Positions 10,301-24,937 of a stretch of 64,000 bases of DNA are shown one piece after another. Source of the DNA: Fimbriosthenelais zetlandica (taxonomy: Eukaryota); assembly GCA_977030845.1 (NCBI GenBank), contig OZ365110.1, positions 38,564,001-38,628,000 on the forward strand, written 5' to 3'. The notes under the pieces are model-generated. The model worked only from the letters and a program-made list of their open reading frames with translations. It did not search any database and was not told where the DNA came from. Positions within the stretch are counted from its first letter, which is position 1. Every line of letters starts with the position of its first letter. The position numbers and the translations under genes were made by a program.

Positions 10301-13300
10301 ATTCAAAACTAAATCACAATAGACCAATGATTGACACAGCTCAAAAAATGCCGCCTGACGTGGCAAATGGTGTTGCAGTTAGTTTTTGCTTTAGATCTTT
10401 GTATTAATTAAAGCTTCAATCTATCATTGGGAATTCGAGGCAATTCACAAAAGAGCAGTTCAGCATTGCTCCCCTTTAGACATGATCGTTGATCTATGTT
10501 CACAAAAGGTAAAGAACGTGACAGGAACAACTGTACTATTTCCCCCCATTGCTCTTGACAAATATAGACTGTGTAATAATCTTAGAACTTTATCAATGCA
10601 AACCCTCGGGCTGCCCTATCATATCCTATTACGGCCGAGATCAATGAAAATGTCACTGCGGAGCACCGTTTAACACTGACCTTAGACAAGGACTTGTTTA
10701 AAACCGTAGATTCGACGTCAGCGAAAGATTACCGATGTAAGGCGTCTAGGGGACGTGCATACAAAGGCAGAGAGCCTTTAAGTTCAAATGAAGTTGACCT
10801 TTCAAATACTAAGTAGCAGGGGAGCAGGCAGCAGAATATGCAGCCTAATCAGTGCTAATTAATCGCTAATTATATCTAGACTTGCGTCAGCAGGTGTATA
10901 TTCTACCACACGGATTTGTCTAAGTAGAAACATTATTAATTTCATGTTTTACCAAGTGATGATAATTACTTCAATTAGAACTCGAGCTCAGGCAGTTCCT
11001 GACCCTTGACAGATATGGCAGTGATGGGCAGTGATCTGAGCACAGCCGGAGTCAAGACCAAAGCACGCCCAGAAAGTAGTGGGTAAAATGTATCATATTC
11101 TTAGCTACCTTAATCAATGGACATTTACTCTCTTTGTTACTAAATTAACTTAAATCTTTTTTACATTATCCATGCATAAATTCACATCAAAATCTGACTG
11201 GATGAGGACTGACATTCAGGATAGTTCAAGGGGAGATATCCAGTAAAGAGAAGGTGTAGGTATAAAGCATCGGATCCAATTAAGATGATTCATTCAAAAA
11301 GGAATGAAGATTATGCTAAAAGGTTTTAACCTAGTTGCATTGAACGTAGATAATCATAATAGCAACCCACCTTTTCCACAACTCCCTGCTATTCTTTTTA
11401 TACTATATCTTATCCTAAACTTGACTAACAATTTGATCAAAGTAGTAGAATTTTATGACCCTTTTTAGTATTCAGCTGTTGGCTGGACAGGGAGCAGGGC
11501 TATTTAAAGTCGAGATTGTGCCTGTGTAGAGAGGGTTTTATCCTACTCAAGTAGCAGCACAGCGGGTCGGGTCGCCTGAATATTTGCAGAGCGAAGCGTT
11601 CTATTTGAGGGGGGACATTGGTCACTTGGGGATTAGACATGGCAGACGACAACCCCACCGAATGATTTAAGGCTCCTTTCCTTGCTCATGGGCCAGATTC
11701 CGTCTTTTAATCACAGCCACTGGCCACTTCCGGTGGCCGTATCTTTCCGTCTGCACGCTTTAATGGTGGGGTGGAGTCTTTAGATCATTCGGTTTGCTTG
11801 ATGGACGGTAAAGTAGCCGCTCCAAGAGCTTTTACTGGCCATAGCGAGACCTGGCCGAGGCTTGGCGAGACTTCACGTGCCCTGCCTCTGTCAAATGCTT
11901 GATTTCCAGGAGACAGTATGCGCATGCGCTGGGCCCGGAATTCTCTTTGTGTCAGACTGATGGTCGGTTGGGGCAACTGCATCCTAAGTGTTCGTGTTTA
12001 ATTTGCACCAGCAGTCGTGGTCAGTCAATCGCGATAACGCCCCGCCGTCGCCTGCCTTTATTCGCCTTTCATTGCAGCCATCTGACTTTCCGTTCACGTC
12101 CGCAGTATTTCTGTGCTGGCAATTGATCCGCGGACGCCGACTGTGCTGAACAGCCTCTTTGGGTCTCGTTTAGGGATCCGGTCGGCGGCTCCCGGATCTA
12201 GCGGCGAGTAATATAAAGAGGTGGCCCAGCCGGCCCTTACTAACGAAGCTCACAGCCAAATAACAGCCCATCATGTCACCGCGCCCCACAGTGGTCCCTG
12301 ACCACACTACTCAGCTCAACGAGAGCAGCCTGACCCCACGTGATCCACTGGCCCTTTGGCGGCCCTGACAAGCAATAAAAGCAGGCCGCCGGCTATTACC
12401 ATTAGGGAAAGCGCTGCCGCGACATTATTACAATAGCCGAGAAAATCGATGGCGGACGGCAGAATGAAATTGATGCTGACCCCACAGTGAAAAGCATCTC
12501 GTCGCCTGAGCAGCCATATCATTGGTGGTCCCAAAGCTTCCCCAACCGGACATGACGCGGAAAATCTGCACCGTAGAAACTAGACAAGCAAGTAACCCCG
12601 CTTTCTGGCTGCTGCCCCTTTTTGTCGTCTGCTCATACGTGACGTCATTACCTAGCATAGACGGTGCGGTTCATCCACGGAAATCTAATAGTGACCACTC
12701 GCCGCTCTGCCGGGGAGAGAAGCCAATGGGCATCAGTGATACTTTGATTGGGCTTAATGTATTCCAAAGCTGCTCCCCCCTCTCTTCCTCCATCCCCTCA
12801 CCATCAGAGCTAACTCCTCTCCAAGGGCCAGAGAGAATAGTGGTCTTTGGGGACAAAACGTTCAACCTTCCTTTCAAGTAAATCAGAATGCCAGCATCTG
12901 TAATAACACTCCTCCTCCAGGGGTTTACTTTACCACGACCACTAAAATAGACCCGGCACTCCTCCTCTTTTCTTTTCTTGCCCGTCACAAAGGAACAGTT
13001 TTCTCAGACTCTTTTAGCAATGAATATTTGTGTTGTTCGCTGACACTTTGCAGTGCAGCAGAAAGCCGATTATCTTGATATAACTCTGGGATAGGGAGCT
13101 CGAGGAGACGTCTTGTATCACCGGCCCTAAGTAGCTTAGCTTGGTCGTCACTCGGGGGCAGGTTCGAGTACATGATACTAAGTATATTAGGGCAGGACCG
13201 GCTCTGGTCTACGCCCTTCAGGCGCCTCTAGACCTCCGCCCGATTCACATCCATCTCCCGCCATTGATCCGGTAATTAAGCCAAATGTCGGCTGCTACAC

Positions 13301-16026
13301 GAACTGATCCGCCCTCTCCTATTGATAGATGTGCCAAATGTGGTAGAAAGTCAGCAGCTCCTGCTGGTGAACTTGAGGCATTAACGGACTGGGCGGGATC
13401 CAGCATCTCTCTATAGACAAGTGTCTATATTGGATTGATATATAATCCATCTGTTCTATTGCAATCTTTTATCGTATCGCCAGAAGCTACAGGCTATAAA
13501 GTTACCACTCTTCTGATCATTCGGTTCTGTGGCAGAAGTAACCTAAATATCATGCAATTGATGAAAATTAAGCATGATTCACAATGGACCTTGATTTGGA
13601 AAGTGAATTATGGTCACATTAAAGTGGGAACCAGTCTCTTTGTGAAGTACATGTATCCATTTAATACGATCGTGGAAAATATCCTTCTGCACTGCATCAG
13701 AATTGGGAATGTGCCGAGCAATCATTTCCATATTTAATAGGGTGTAGCCCCTGTACATGTATGGACTACCAGCATCTACATTATTTGGAATCTGCTTTCA
13801 AGCGATCCCAGAATGAACAGGTTGGCCACATTTGTATAAGCCTGAATCCAATACATGCTCAATGCCTCCCGGTTTTAGGCCTTATTTCGTATGGACAAGG
13901 GCACCATTCATTCAACAAGGTCGGTCTGAGCGCGATAACCACTGATTCAGAATCCCTTGTCCGCGGACATGACCCCGAATGCTTGCACATGAGTGGACTT
14001 GAACCAGCAAGGACAGGGGGCAATTATCACCCATAGCAGGCTGGAACTGCTCCACTAATCTCTATTGACATCGAATTTGCAGCGTCTAGCCTATCCATTC
14101 AAATGCGCCCAAATGATACCCAATAGGGTTAGATTCAAAAGTTTGCATTCAAGTAAAGATGCAGACTGCCAGAAATGAAAATATTATACAATCATTAGTA
14201 GATCCATGGGCTTAAATGATATTACATTGTAGTTCAATTCAGAACATATAGGTCATAAAACCCTTCTGGCAAATGACCTAAGGGTTAAAAGTTTGATGTT
14301 AATAATCCAGTACTCTGTTAGATTCCTGCTCTAGGGCTTGATAAATACAAGGACCTTTTGATTCGGAGTGTAAGTGGTCACCATGACAACGCCGCCATAT
14401 TGATTAGAGGTGGGAACTGGGGGCCACACAGTAACGTATCAGTGATAAGAATGGATGATCTGTAATGTCAATCCACATGGATTTATTTGTAAATGCCCCT
14501 GGATGCCACTGATACAAAAACATAAACAATGGATGTCTCACTGGCTAATGTAAATCAATAGGCCATTTTGTGGTATATCTGATATATATTCACAGGCACT
14601 CAGAGATAAGCTTAAACGATAACACTTGAGATGGATAAAATGACTCCTTTAAATGCCACAAATACATTGAGAATTCACGCAAAAGTGCCCTTCACAATCT
14701 CTTTTATCCCCTACAAACCTTTAAGGTTTGATTAAAAAAAACCAGGGCCTACCACAATACTCTTTTCAATTGCCTTTTTTCGCTGTTTCAGTAAAATTCA
14801 ACAATTAATACTTTCCAGAGACTTCAACACCCTGGGAAGATGTTTTAAAATGTTTGACCTTCCTAACTTTCACATTTTCAAAAGCTGTCCACTCCAGGAG
14901 ACTGAACCAATAACGCATCCCCAGTAATTGCTATTTGCTTTTATCCAAGAAAAAAATGTTGAAGGAGAAAATACAGCTTCATTACCCGCCGGCAGTTGGC
15001 TCATTTGAGAGTGTTCGCCTTTTTTCACAGCGCCCTCTTGACCGACCAATTGAAAGCGTCTTGATTTGACCACACATTGATGACGCAGGTTGTAGCGTTC
15101 CCTGGGCCTGCGCATGGAAATCCATTGTCCTATCCTCACCTCTCGCTGCGCATGTGTCGATACTATTGGCTTGTGTCGGTGGGCATTTAGCGACGCATGC
15201 GTTGTCTGCCACATTAAGGTAGTGCAACATTCCGACATGTACCAATGCTCCGGCCAACAATGTGACCAGCGGCAAGGAAAAACAGCTCGGCAAGAAAATA
15301 ACAAGTATCGAGTGTTGGCTTCAAGTGGCTACCAGCGGGGGTTCGTTAGTACAGCTTGACGGCAGATGGCGCTCCGGGCACTGGGCTAACACACGGCGCA
15401 TGCGCGCCAAAACAGCGGATGAGAGTGAGGCTGAGGTCGAGAGGTGCAAACTCACTTGGCAATGCCTGGTTTTAAACGGTGCAACCATTCTACTGTTCTC
15501 CCAGCAAAGTTCATTTGGCCACACATTGAATTGCTCATGGGACACATCAATAAAGTTCTATTGTCTTAGGCCTTCATAAGATTTTGCCAATTTGATGCAG
15601 TCTGAAGTGCATCCATTCAGAATAGTCCTACTTCTGTTGTTTCTAGGCAATATGGATCTTGAAAAAAATTCCTTAAGGAATTTGTGAATGAAAAAGTGAA
15701 AAGTAAATCTTGATGAACAGTTGCAAGTAAAATCCCAATTTGTTATCGAGATATTCACAAAGGTGAATGATTGTGTATCTAGGCCTACACGGTCATGTAG
15801 TATTTCATACACAGGTCAATATAATATAATTACATAGGCCTATACAGTAGTAATAATCAAAAACTCTTCACTTATTTGAACAGTGATTTTACCATGCACA
15901 TTTATATAATATAAAGTGTCCTGCTTCTCCTTACCAACATAAAAGGCATAGCTTAGCACTGCTACTGCTCCACCTCTATCTATCCAATCCCTTCTCTTGG
16001 ATCCATGTACACAATTATTTTAACAA

Positions 16027-16071
16027 CCCCCACCGCCCCAACCCCCCCCCCCCCCCCCCACTCCCACCCCC
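16027..16071 (-). repeat. Poly-C / C-rich tract (G-rich on minus strand)
   Basis: Near-pure C run including an uninterrupted stretch of about 18 C. Confidence 0.7.
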
Positions 16072-19000
16072 TGAATAATATCTACATCCAGGCAGAAAAT
16101 AATCTAAGGTCAGGTAAGGTTCCTAACTGTAATTCTCTAAGGTGGTAATCAACTGATTCCGTGGGAGGATAAGTAAGGAGGTGGCACAGAATGAGTGGGG
16201 CCATGGGGAGAAGTAGGGTGACGAGAAACAAGACCAGTGCATTTTATTCAGAAGCCCCAATCGTAAATGAATGAGCAGATGTTGGGGATGGGAGGGAGAT
16301 GTTGCCGGAGTTGATGCCGAAGAAATACGGGGATGTTGGGAGTTGAGAATGTACATGTATAGACTATACAAGTGTACTTGGACGGGATCAATGGAGGCAT
16401 GAGAGGAAAGATGATGCTAGGGAAGAAGGGGAGGGATAAGCGATATACCCCTATATAGCCTGTATCCAAAGAGATTGTGATTTAAAACCCCTTGGCCACT
16501 ACCCCTTTGGTAGATCATAGACCGAGCAGTGGAGACTTTGGAGCGGCCAAGTGGCATCCTTCATGCCGCGTTTGTACTTCAGTCCATCATCCTATACTCC
16601 TTGGCGCGGAGATGATTTTGGCCCATCATGTTTATTGGCTCACTGCGCGGTTTACCACCATTGACGATCTATTTAAGCCTCCTCCAGTGGCCCGCCCCAA
16701 GCCTTTAAAAATCCTAAACCATTTCCAGCATGGCGGCCGGGGATCGATCTCCATTACATTAAACAGGACAAGATAACTGTTACACTTAACCTGCGATGGG
16801 TGGCGCTCTGGTAGCCGCAGAGTGTCAGAGAGAAGAGGGCAGGATGGGGGGCGCCTTCCTCGGGCGCAGGCGGTAGGAGCCCAGAAGGAGCAATAGATGG
16901 TGATCGATGAATCCCCTATGGTCTTATGGCATAATGATGAACCGCCTTAAGGTTAGGTGTTGGGAGCTTGGCGCTTTCGGACGGCGCGATTCTCGCTTTA
17001 GATAACTGCAGACGATCCATAAATGGTCGCGCGATGACCATCTAAATAGCGCCCGGTGCAAGCAGGGTGGTAGCGCGTTTGACCCGGTGTAGATTTCATT
17101 GTTGATTTTCTGTCATTTTCCACAGCATTTAAGCGCCGAGGCTTGACCCTACTTATGGCCATGTTTTGCCCTATAGTGGAAGCTTACCCGCCAACCACCC
17201 TGCAAAGAGGGCCCTCGGAGGGCCCCTACTCAAAAGCCCTTCTGCTGATAACAGCCTGTGGCTGAGAAAAGGCCTCCGATCGGCGCGCCATCGCTGGGCG
17301 AGATAGACGTAAGACAATCAGAGAGCAGAAGGAGGAGAGAGAAATAGGTGCTTTACAAGAAAAGACATGGTCTCCGCGGGCCTGTTGTTCCTGATAGCCT
17401 CATCCTAAGGGACTATTCCACATAATTGGGTTCATTGGGAGCACCTAGCGAATGACTAGTAAGTCCCTTATCAGCCCCAGTCCCTGGGAATTAAGCTACA
17501 CTATCGCCCAATGAAGCGCACCGGCACGAGCAGCCCATAATGACTGATCAAAGAAGATAAATGTTAATTGGACAAGCCGGCGGTAAGGCGGGCGTATCGG
17601 GCGCACATTAAATGATTGTTTGTCATTTACACACACCACCCAAGCTGCGCTCCACTAATTGCAATTTAGGATGATACTAAGAAATGACACGTCGTATTCA
17701 ATTAACAATTGAGCTTAATTGAGATTAAGCTCCCATAGTGATAAGTCCGCTACTTCTTGCGGTCTTTTAAGGAGTAGAGCAGTGATTTTTATCATCAATT
17801 TTAAAGCGATAAGATCAACAGAGATATCTTTCGATGGAGATTACAGTAATTGGCTCAATTTTTATCGGGATTTTCCTCATCATGTTGCTCATAATTTATA
17901 TTCACTGTATATGTGTCCTTTCCCTAGGTATACATTTAATACCAAGTAATAAGACAGCCTCTGCCAATTAAGGAATAAATGACTCTGTATGTTTGATTAT
18001 CTTGTAATATCTACATGCTTAAATGAATCTAAAAGCATGCATTCATCTAAATGGACTCTGCAGGGTCATGATATGCACGTTTAATTGCTTGCGATGCAAA
18101 TAATTGTTCCCAATCTCAAACGCTGAGAAAGCTAAATAGGCCTATAGGCGTATAAAAATTGACATGAACTGTGGAAATCATATTAGGCCTATAGGATGTT
18201 TACATGCAGAAACATATCATCCATTCTCATGCCATGTTATAGCATGTTAACTAAGGCATTGAATCTCATAATTCCTTGTCCATTGTATTGATTACAAGAG
18301 ATTTAGTAGGATACAAAGGCGACTCGATACCCAATCCTTATGTGGTTCAGCATACAGTGTCATGGGTCTGACTCTCCTAATAATGAATCACCCTAAAAGA
18401 TTATGTTAGCAAATACGTCAGTCCTCTAGAAATACTTTCATTGATTCGGATCCGTATGAGAGCGGGACTTCCCTGACCCACTTTTGAATAGGCCTAATGA
18501 CGTCACCACATGCACCGCACAGTAATGCAGTGACGTCTTTGCATAAATACAAACAATAACAATAGAAGGGATGTGTGCAATGTCACCTAGCACGCCACCA
18601 AATTAACTATGTCTAATTATGGGCATATGACAGGCATTTTTAGACCTATAACCTATAACCAATTTAAATGTAATTTGAAATTCAGGCGGAATGCATTCTT
18701 TCCATCTAAAGATAGGAGCTACAAGTGATACATTTGATCCTGTGGTAATGGTTAAACATTGAAAGCAGACCTCTCTGTGTAAACTCAGTTCGGGAGATCA
18801 TTAACCCAGGCTTTTAAGCTCCCATTTAGACATCGCTTCTCGCCTAGGTATCTGGCTCTAACAAGGTCACGCGCCCCCTCTCGCCAGCTCCGAGAATTAG
18901 CTCACGTGACCTTGGACTATCTGGTCAGAAGGGATTTGGAGTCACATGACCGAGTTGTTAGTCTAGCCAATTAGGATTTGATATGGCATTATTGAGCTTT

Positions 19001-22000
19001 GACAGTGCCAGTAGTGAACTACAATACTGAGCTCACATTAACGTCTGAAACAAGAAGGGTTATTCTGCTATTATACAGTGATCGTTTTGTAATAAACAGA
19101 TTGGCCTAGAGGATTTGGCCCTGCCCCCAAGCTTCACCATCCCCAAACCTCAACCCTCGGTACCCTCTGGATCCTTTGTCCAAGTGAACATGCAAATATC
19201 TTCCGTTAATTGAAGCCAAATGAAATACAAGGGTAGTTTGGGGTCATTAGGCTAATTCCAGTGCTCACTGATTTCCCTGGAATTTTTGTTTTTATGAGAC
19301 CCGAAAACATTAATATCGCGGATCCCCTTACAGACCCATCCCTCAACCTGGATAAAGGATAAAAAATGGTTGTTGAGGAAACGGTGAGGAAATGTAACAT
19401 GAATTAACATTACACTTGTAATGGTATAGAGTGCATCGGATGCATTATGGGCATTCTTCTCATGCACAACATTTACAGTGCATTTGTTAAAAAACATTCA
19501 ATGTTGGCCCCAAAATTCGTCAACTTGTCTCGATTTTGAACTTGAAGATGGAACAATGGTATTTTAGAGGTTCTGAGAATTTCATTTGGTAACTGTTGAA
19601 TTGACCTTTTGAATCCCAATATCAATACAGGTAGGCCAATAGGAAGGCAATTCCACTGTGGGATTTCATCCTCAGACATTCATATAAGAGATTTCCATGA
19701 AAAAATAACTTTTCAAGAAATCCGGCAGGCCTACTTATTGCAGACATCTTAACTGTGATCTTTTGGGCTTGAATCTCCAAAGCTATTGCTTGGTCATTGA
19801 GCTCAATACATGTCCCCAATAATTATGTTATACATGTATACATGTTCGAATGTGCAGATAGAGGGTGGTATGATGTCTTTATAAAGGCTGCATTATAAAC
19901 AGGTTGAGCAAGAGGATAATTGGCTGAGTAATTACAGCCTCTCATTACGGTAATGAGGTGAAGTAAGGAGGTGGAGGCACGTTAGTTACCATGGTGATGT
20001 GCTCATGCACATTGATGGCTACATCGTCCACTTGTCATCGTTAAGTAATGGTAAACGATCTACAACATGATGGGCTTGATGAGGTGAGCTCTATTATTTT
20101 TCCAAGCAACGCAAAAACTCATGCAGCGATGATTGAATCACTTCAATGTACATATAATTTTAGAATTACTTCATAAAACACACTGAGCAGATATTTCGCG
20201 TTTTGTAATATTTTCTTCCTTCATAACAAAAGCCCAAGTGTCCAAATGATAAATGGGGGAATAACAAATTACTTCAGGTTTCTCAATCCACCCACCTATA
20301 CATACAGATTAAGGGAGCACCTATATTAATAGGTTGAGCGTATAACTGTAGCCGTACACATCATTTTTACTGATCATACAAACCACTTAAATGATATTAA
20401 GCTCACTTCCTTCGATCCTGACAGTACTATGACTTGTCCCTTTGATAATTGATAAAGAAATGCCCATAGTCTAAATGAAGACAGATGTGGCATCTTCATT
20501 GAATTATTCCATTCGCAATTCCAATCCCGGCGACAAGAGGCAATAACGTTGATTCTTCTATCGTGGCCCATTGATGTACACGTCATCAGCATACATCCAA
20601 TATTTTCCTCGCCGATATGTGGTCTATGGAGGATCCTAATTATTCAATGATCTTGAATGTAATTGCGAGTCAAGACAAGCGGTACCGTACATAATAAAGT
20701 GATTCCTCTACATTGTACATGACTTGTGTACCCCTATACATGTATATCAATTTCGATTGAAATGTTCCCAATTTAGACCCTATACTATACATGCATCTTC
20801 CAGGGACCCATCATCATGTGGAATACACGGTTGAGACAGGCATAAGAGGAATCTAGACTTCATTCAAGCCATCAATGCAAGCAGAGATTAAAAATCTCCC
20901 ACACAGACACATCGGGCCACGATCGACCTGCTGCTCACTTCGTTTTATCCCCCTTCCGCCAGGACCGATTAATTTGAATCTACCTGTTGGCAGACTCGGA
21001 GCAAACACCGTGCTCAAATTTAATATCGCGTCGCATGGGTGGCGCGGCGCATATTTAATGGCGACTGGGCCAACTCATTGGGATGTCGCCAGCGTCTAAA
21101 ACGTCAAGCAAAGACTCATTAGAAGGAGGCTGGCGGGCCTTCTGGTCGCCTACTTTTCACCATCTGACAAGCTCCTTTCTGCCCCGCTTTCTAATTGGTT
21201 TTATTTCATTATGGTCATGTCTCCTTCAATCTGGATTAATTGCAGGATGGAGAGGTAGCCTGAGTTGTTACAATTGCTCGGCAGTTGCTCATGTCGTTGG
21301 GCTTTGATGCCCCCCGGCCGCAAGTGAAGAGATGAGTGGATTCCCAGCACAAAAAATGACGATCATTTGTAGAAGACAAACACCGGATAAATTGAGATAA
21401 ACCAGTGGTAAAAAAGAAAAAGACAGGGGTGATGTCTTCTCAGGGCGTTTCTTGTCATTGTCATTCACAATTATTTGGAAAGCTTGTGCCGTATGTAGCT
21501 GCACGTACAGATTTTTGAAATCTACGTGCGCAAATGCCTTCTGGTATATTATCTATGGCAATATAAGACATTTCGAGAACAAATAATCGGATGTACATGA
21601 CAGTTTAATGTGATAGACAACAGGTCTAGAAGGACAAGAATATGAAGCAGTAATGTACATACGGAGCTCCAAAGTTTCCCATTCCCTGATGTCAGTATCA
21701 AATACTCATCAGGACATGCTGGTTTTAAATGTCTCAATATCAGATTGAATGTCCTACAATTGAACGAAAGAAAAGAACCCACCTCTCATGACACTTCAAT
21801 ATGTGAAAATATATTACTTAGGCATCAAGTTTGCATTGCACTGATATTTTCCGAGCTCTTACAAATGCCTTACAGGGCACATTGCATTATTTCGCCTGGT
21901 CAGTGGTCTGGACAGTGGTCAAAAGGTTGGCCTTCTGAATACCATTCAAGTTCCCATGACTACCCCGGTCATTTACTAAGAGCTGACCATTCCCACAGTC

Positions 22001-24912
22001 GGGTTTCATAGCGCCAGCGTGAACGAAATGCCAGAGCTTGTGTCTTGATGACCTTTAGAATTATTTCCTGATTGCGTTACGGCTTCTGTCTGTAGCGACC
22101 GTTAACCATTCAGTGGTTCACATACATAGCTTCAATCATTATAGAGTTGGTCTACATGTACTTATGTACGGGCCAAGTTTACTGAACATTTTGTACTTGG
22201 TCATTAATTGACTATACATGTAGTATCATCACCGACACCATTTTCTCTCATAAAAAATATTGAGCAGCAATATGGTTAAAATTAAAATCACCCCTAATGT
22301 GAATTAAATGGAAAAGATATAATCAGAGCTCATAAAATGTTAAATATGGTACATGTATGTATATAGGCCTACAGTGCAAAGAGCAGAAGTTGGATTACAA
22401 TAATTCTGATAAATGACTGACGTCAGAAAACACGTCTTATAAACAGAAGACATGGATTTGTTGAAATAAAAAAAAACTGACATGTTTGCTGATATTTAAT
22501 ACTGCAAATTGTTAATTAACCAGATGTAAGAGAGTCTCATCTGCTCAAGCATCTCAGCCAAGATGACATATTAAACCAAATCAAAGTAGCGCATGATAAG
22601 AGAGGCATTTCATAATAATATTGACACAGCGTGACTTCCATTTCTAATTGGCCGCGCCTCCTTATATGTTTGATTCATGAATAGGTTTGATAACCCCACC
22701 CCATGAATCTTACATCTTCAAAGCGGTGGAAGGAAGTTCCTGGATTTCCTCCATCTGATCTCCAAAGAGCAGCTCATAAATTTAACCCAATGCTCCCCCT
22801 TTTACTCACGATTCTAACCACGTCAGGAATGCACAATCACGGCTTCTATTTCTTTGTCTCTCGCGGGGAACCTGACAATCATTGTCAGGAATTGGTCGAG
22901 GGAGTCTCCTGCTTGGATTTCCACAGGGGCCGGAGATAAATAGGGGTCGATGGTGCGCGGGGTCAGGGGTGAGCCACTCCCGAGCTGCTCGTTGAAGACG
23001 AGAGGCTGCTCGAGTGGCCGGGACGCGGGCGACCCCCGCCATCTCGTGGCAAGACCCCATACTAGTGGGTTCAACACGCCACCTACCGCAGGGAGATTCA
23101 AATATGGTGTCCATGTCACTCACCATATCATTATAGGATATTTTGTTGTGTGACTTTTCACGTTGGTTTCCAGATGAAGCGGGAATCTTCTTACAATATG
23201 TCAGAGTGTAAATCGTTATAATGAAGATTGATAATGGCTGTGTATTTCTGATCTCTCGAATTTCAAATAACAGAATCATGGTTTTGCTTTCGTGTTCTGT
23301 ATCTGTCATATTGAAGATCTTCCCAATTAATCGCCTTATATTATATTATAAGACTTGGAGAAATACATGTAGTAATATCAATTGAGAAAGTATCACTCCG
23401 GTGTGATGCAGGCCCATGTTAATCATATCATTGTGCACGATGGGAGCTCCTGACTGTTTTTACACGAGGGGATCCATTATGACCCTTTGCCATTTAGAGC
23501 TTTGCTTCGGGACATCACTGGGCGTTCATAAAGAGGGTGAGGCGAGGTTCATAACAGAAAGGCTGAATTTCTTTTGCCCAAAGGAGGATCGCCGATGTAA
23601 TATGTTGGGCCAAGGCCAGTTTTCGAGTGGCCATCGTGGGGAAATGAAAGCCCGTCAACATCTGCAGGCTGAGACGCTCAAGCAGACGATATTTGGGAAG
23701 GCTAAAGACGTTGGGGGAACTTGTCGCGACCGTCCGTCTATGAAATTCTGGCCCTAGGTAAAAAGCGGCCAACTGTTGCCCAGCAAAAAGAAGGGAAAGG
23801 TCCACTCCCCGACGGACATGCTTCTCTCATCTCAAGCTCAATACGCGAGCTTTTCTCCCGGGTCATAAAAAGGCTCGCCACTTGTTTGATGATGTGTAAT
23901 TTTGCTCAATGGCCGGTACCTCTCAAATGGAAAAGTTGGGTAGCACTTCCCGCCCCTGGTTGTCGCGCCCGGCGGTCATATTGCTGAGCTGTTTGAATCG
24001 CGCGTCCGCACACAACATCAGAAGACGCACAGACGACACGAGTAGGTTTGTTTCCGTCCGGGCAATTTTCTAGATCTTCAGAAGATAGCTGTAGGCTGCT
24101 CTGAATTCAGACGTTATTGACAGAAATATAGGAGAAAGTGGGTGGAGAGATTCCCTTTAGTAAAGATATTTTGCGAAAAGAGATATGTCTGTTCAGTTTC
24201 ATCATCTGTTCATCTTCAATATAATCTTATCTTTTTTACACAATTGATGCATATAAAACATCTTCCACCTATATACCCATGATGGTGTGCAGTATAGCTG
24301 GCCGAAAGAAACTTCTTTAAATTCCATTAAACAGAGCCTAGAGGAATTAACAAGACAGTATGCTTTGGTGAGCAGCAAGACGAATCATTGGAAACAGGAG
24401 AGAACTCAATGACCGCAGCTATGTTGACTTTGGTGTGGCTCGATCGAAAGATCCAAGATGGCGGCGGGTAGTGTTTTTCGAGGTGTTTTAGTGGGCCACG
24501 TGCGACCGATTAAACGATCCCAAACGCCGGGTGATACATGGAGACCAGGCGGGCCAAACAAAGCTTGCTTGTTGTTATTATCGCACTTAGATATTTTCCT
24601 ACCACTTCCCAGCCAACAGGCCATCAGCGTCCCATTATAGCTTCCCCTAGAGGTGGCGCGGCTGTAGTTACTCTGCCGCTACTGCGGCGAATATTCCCAT
24701 CGGGCAGGTGATTTTTACTCGGGCAGTTTCCGTTTCCGGTGAAAGTTGTGGAGGGGCAGCTTGGCCACGTGACGAAACATTTGGTCTGGATTGGTTGGAT
24801 AGAGAGTGGATGGGGTAAAAGAGGGGTGCAGGGAAAGAAAACATGACATCTCACGAGGAGAGGATGGGCTGTGTTTGCACATCTTTAAAGCTATCTGCTG
24901 TAAAGACTAGGC

Positions 24913-24937
24913 CTGAGCTGAGCTGAGCTGAACTGAG
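24913..24937. repeat. Short (CTGAG)n pentanucleotide microsatellite
   Basis: CTGAG CTGAG CTGAG CTGAA CTGAG. Confidence 0.6.

Noticed and set aside
13995-14005. Pol III B-box-like GGTTCAAGTCC on the minus strand (similar one near 26426)
   Set aside because: No convincing A box, cloverleaf or SINE tail; treated as chance.
14870-15579. Stack of overlapping 74-144 aa ORFs
   Set aside because: Expected in GC-rich, stop-poor DNA; none resembles a known protein.
22806-23309. 167-aa minus-strand ORF
   Set aside because: No recognisable domain; spans an AT-rich spacer into a GC island with a matching shift in composition; overlapping ORFs in other frames; consistent with chance.
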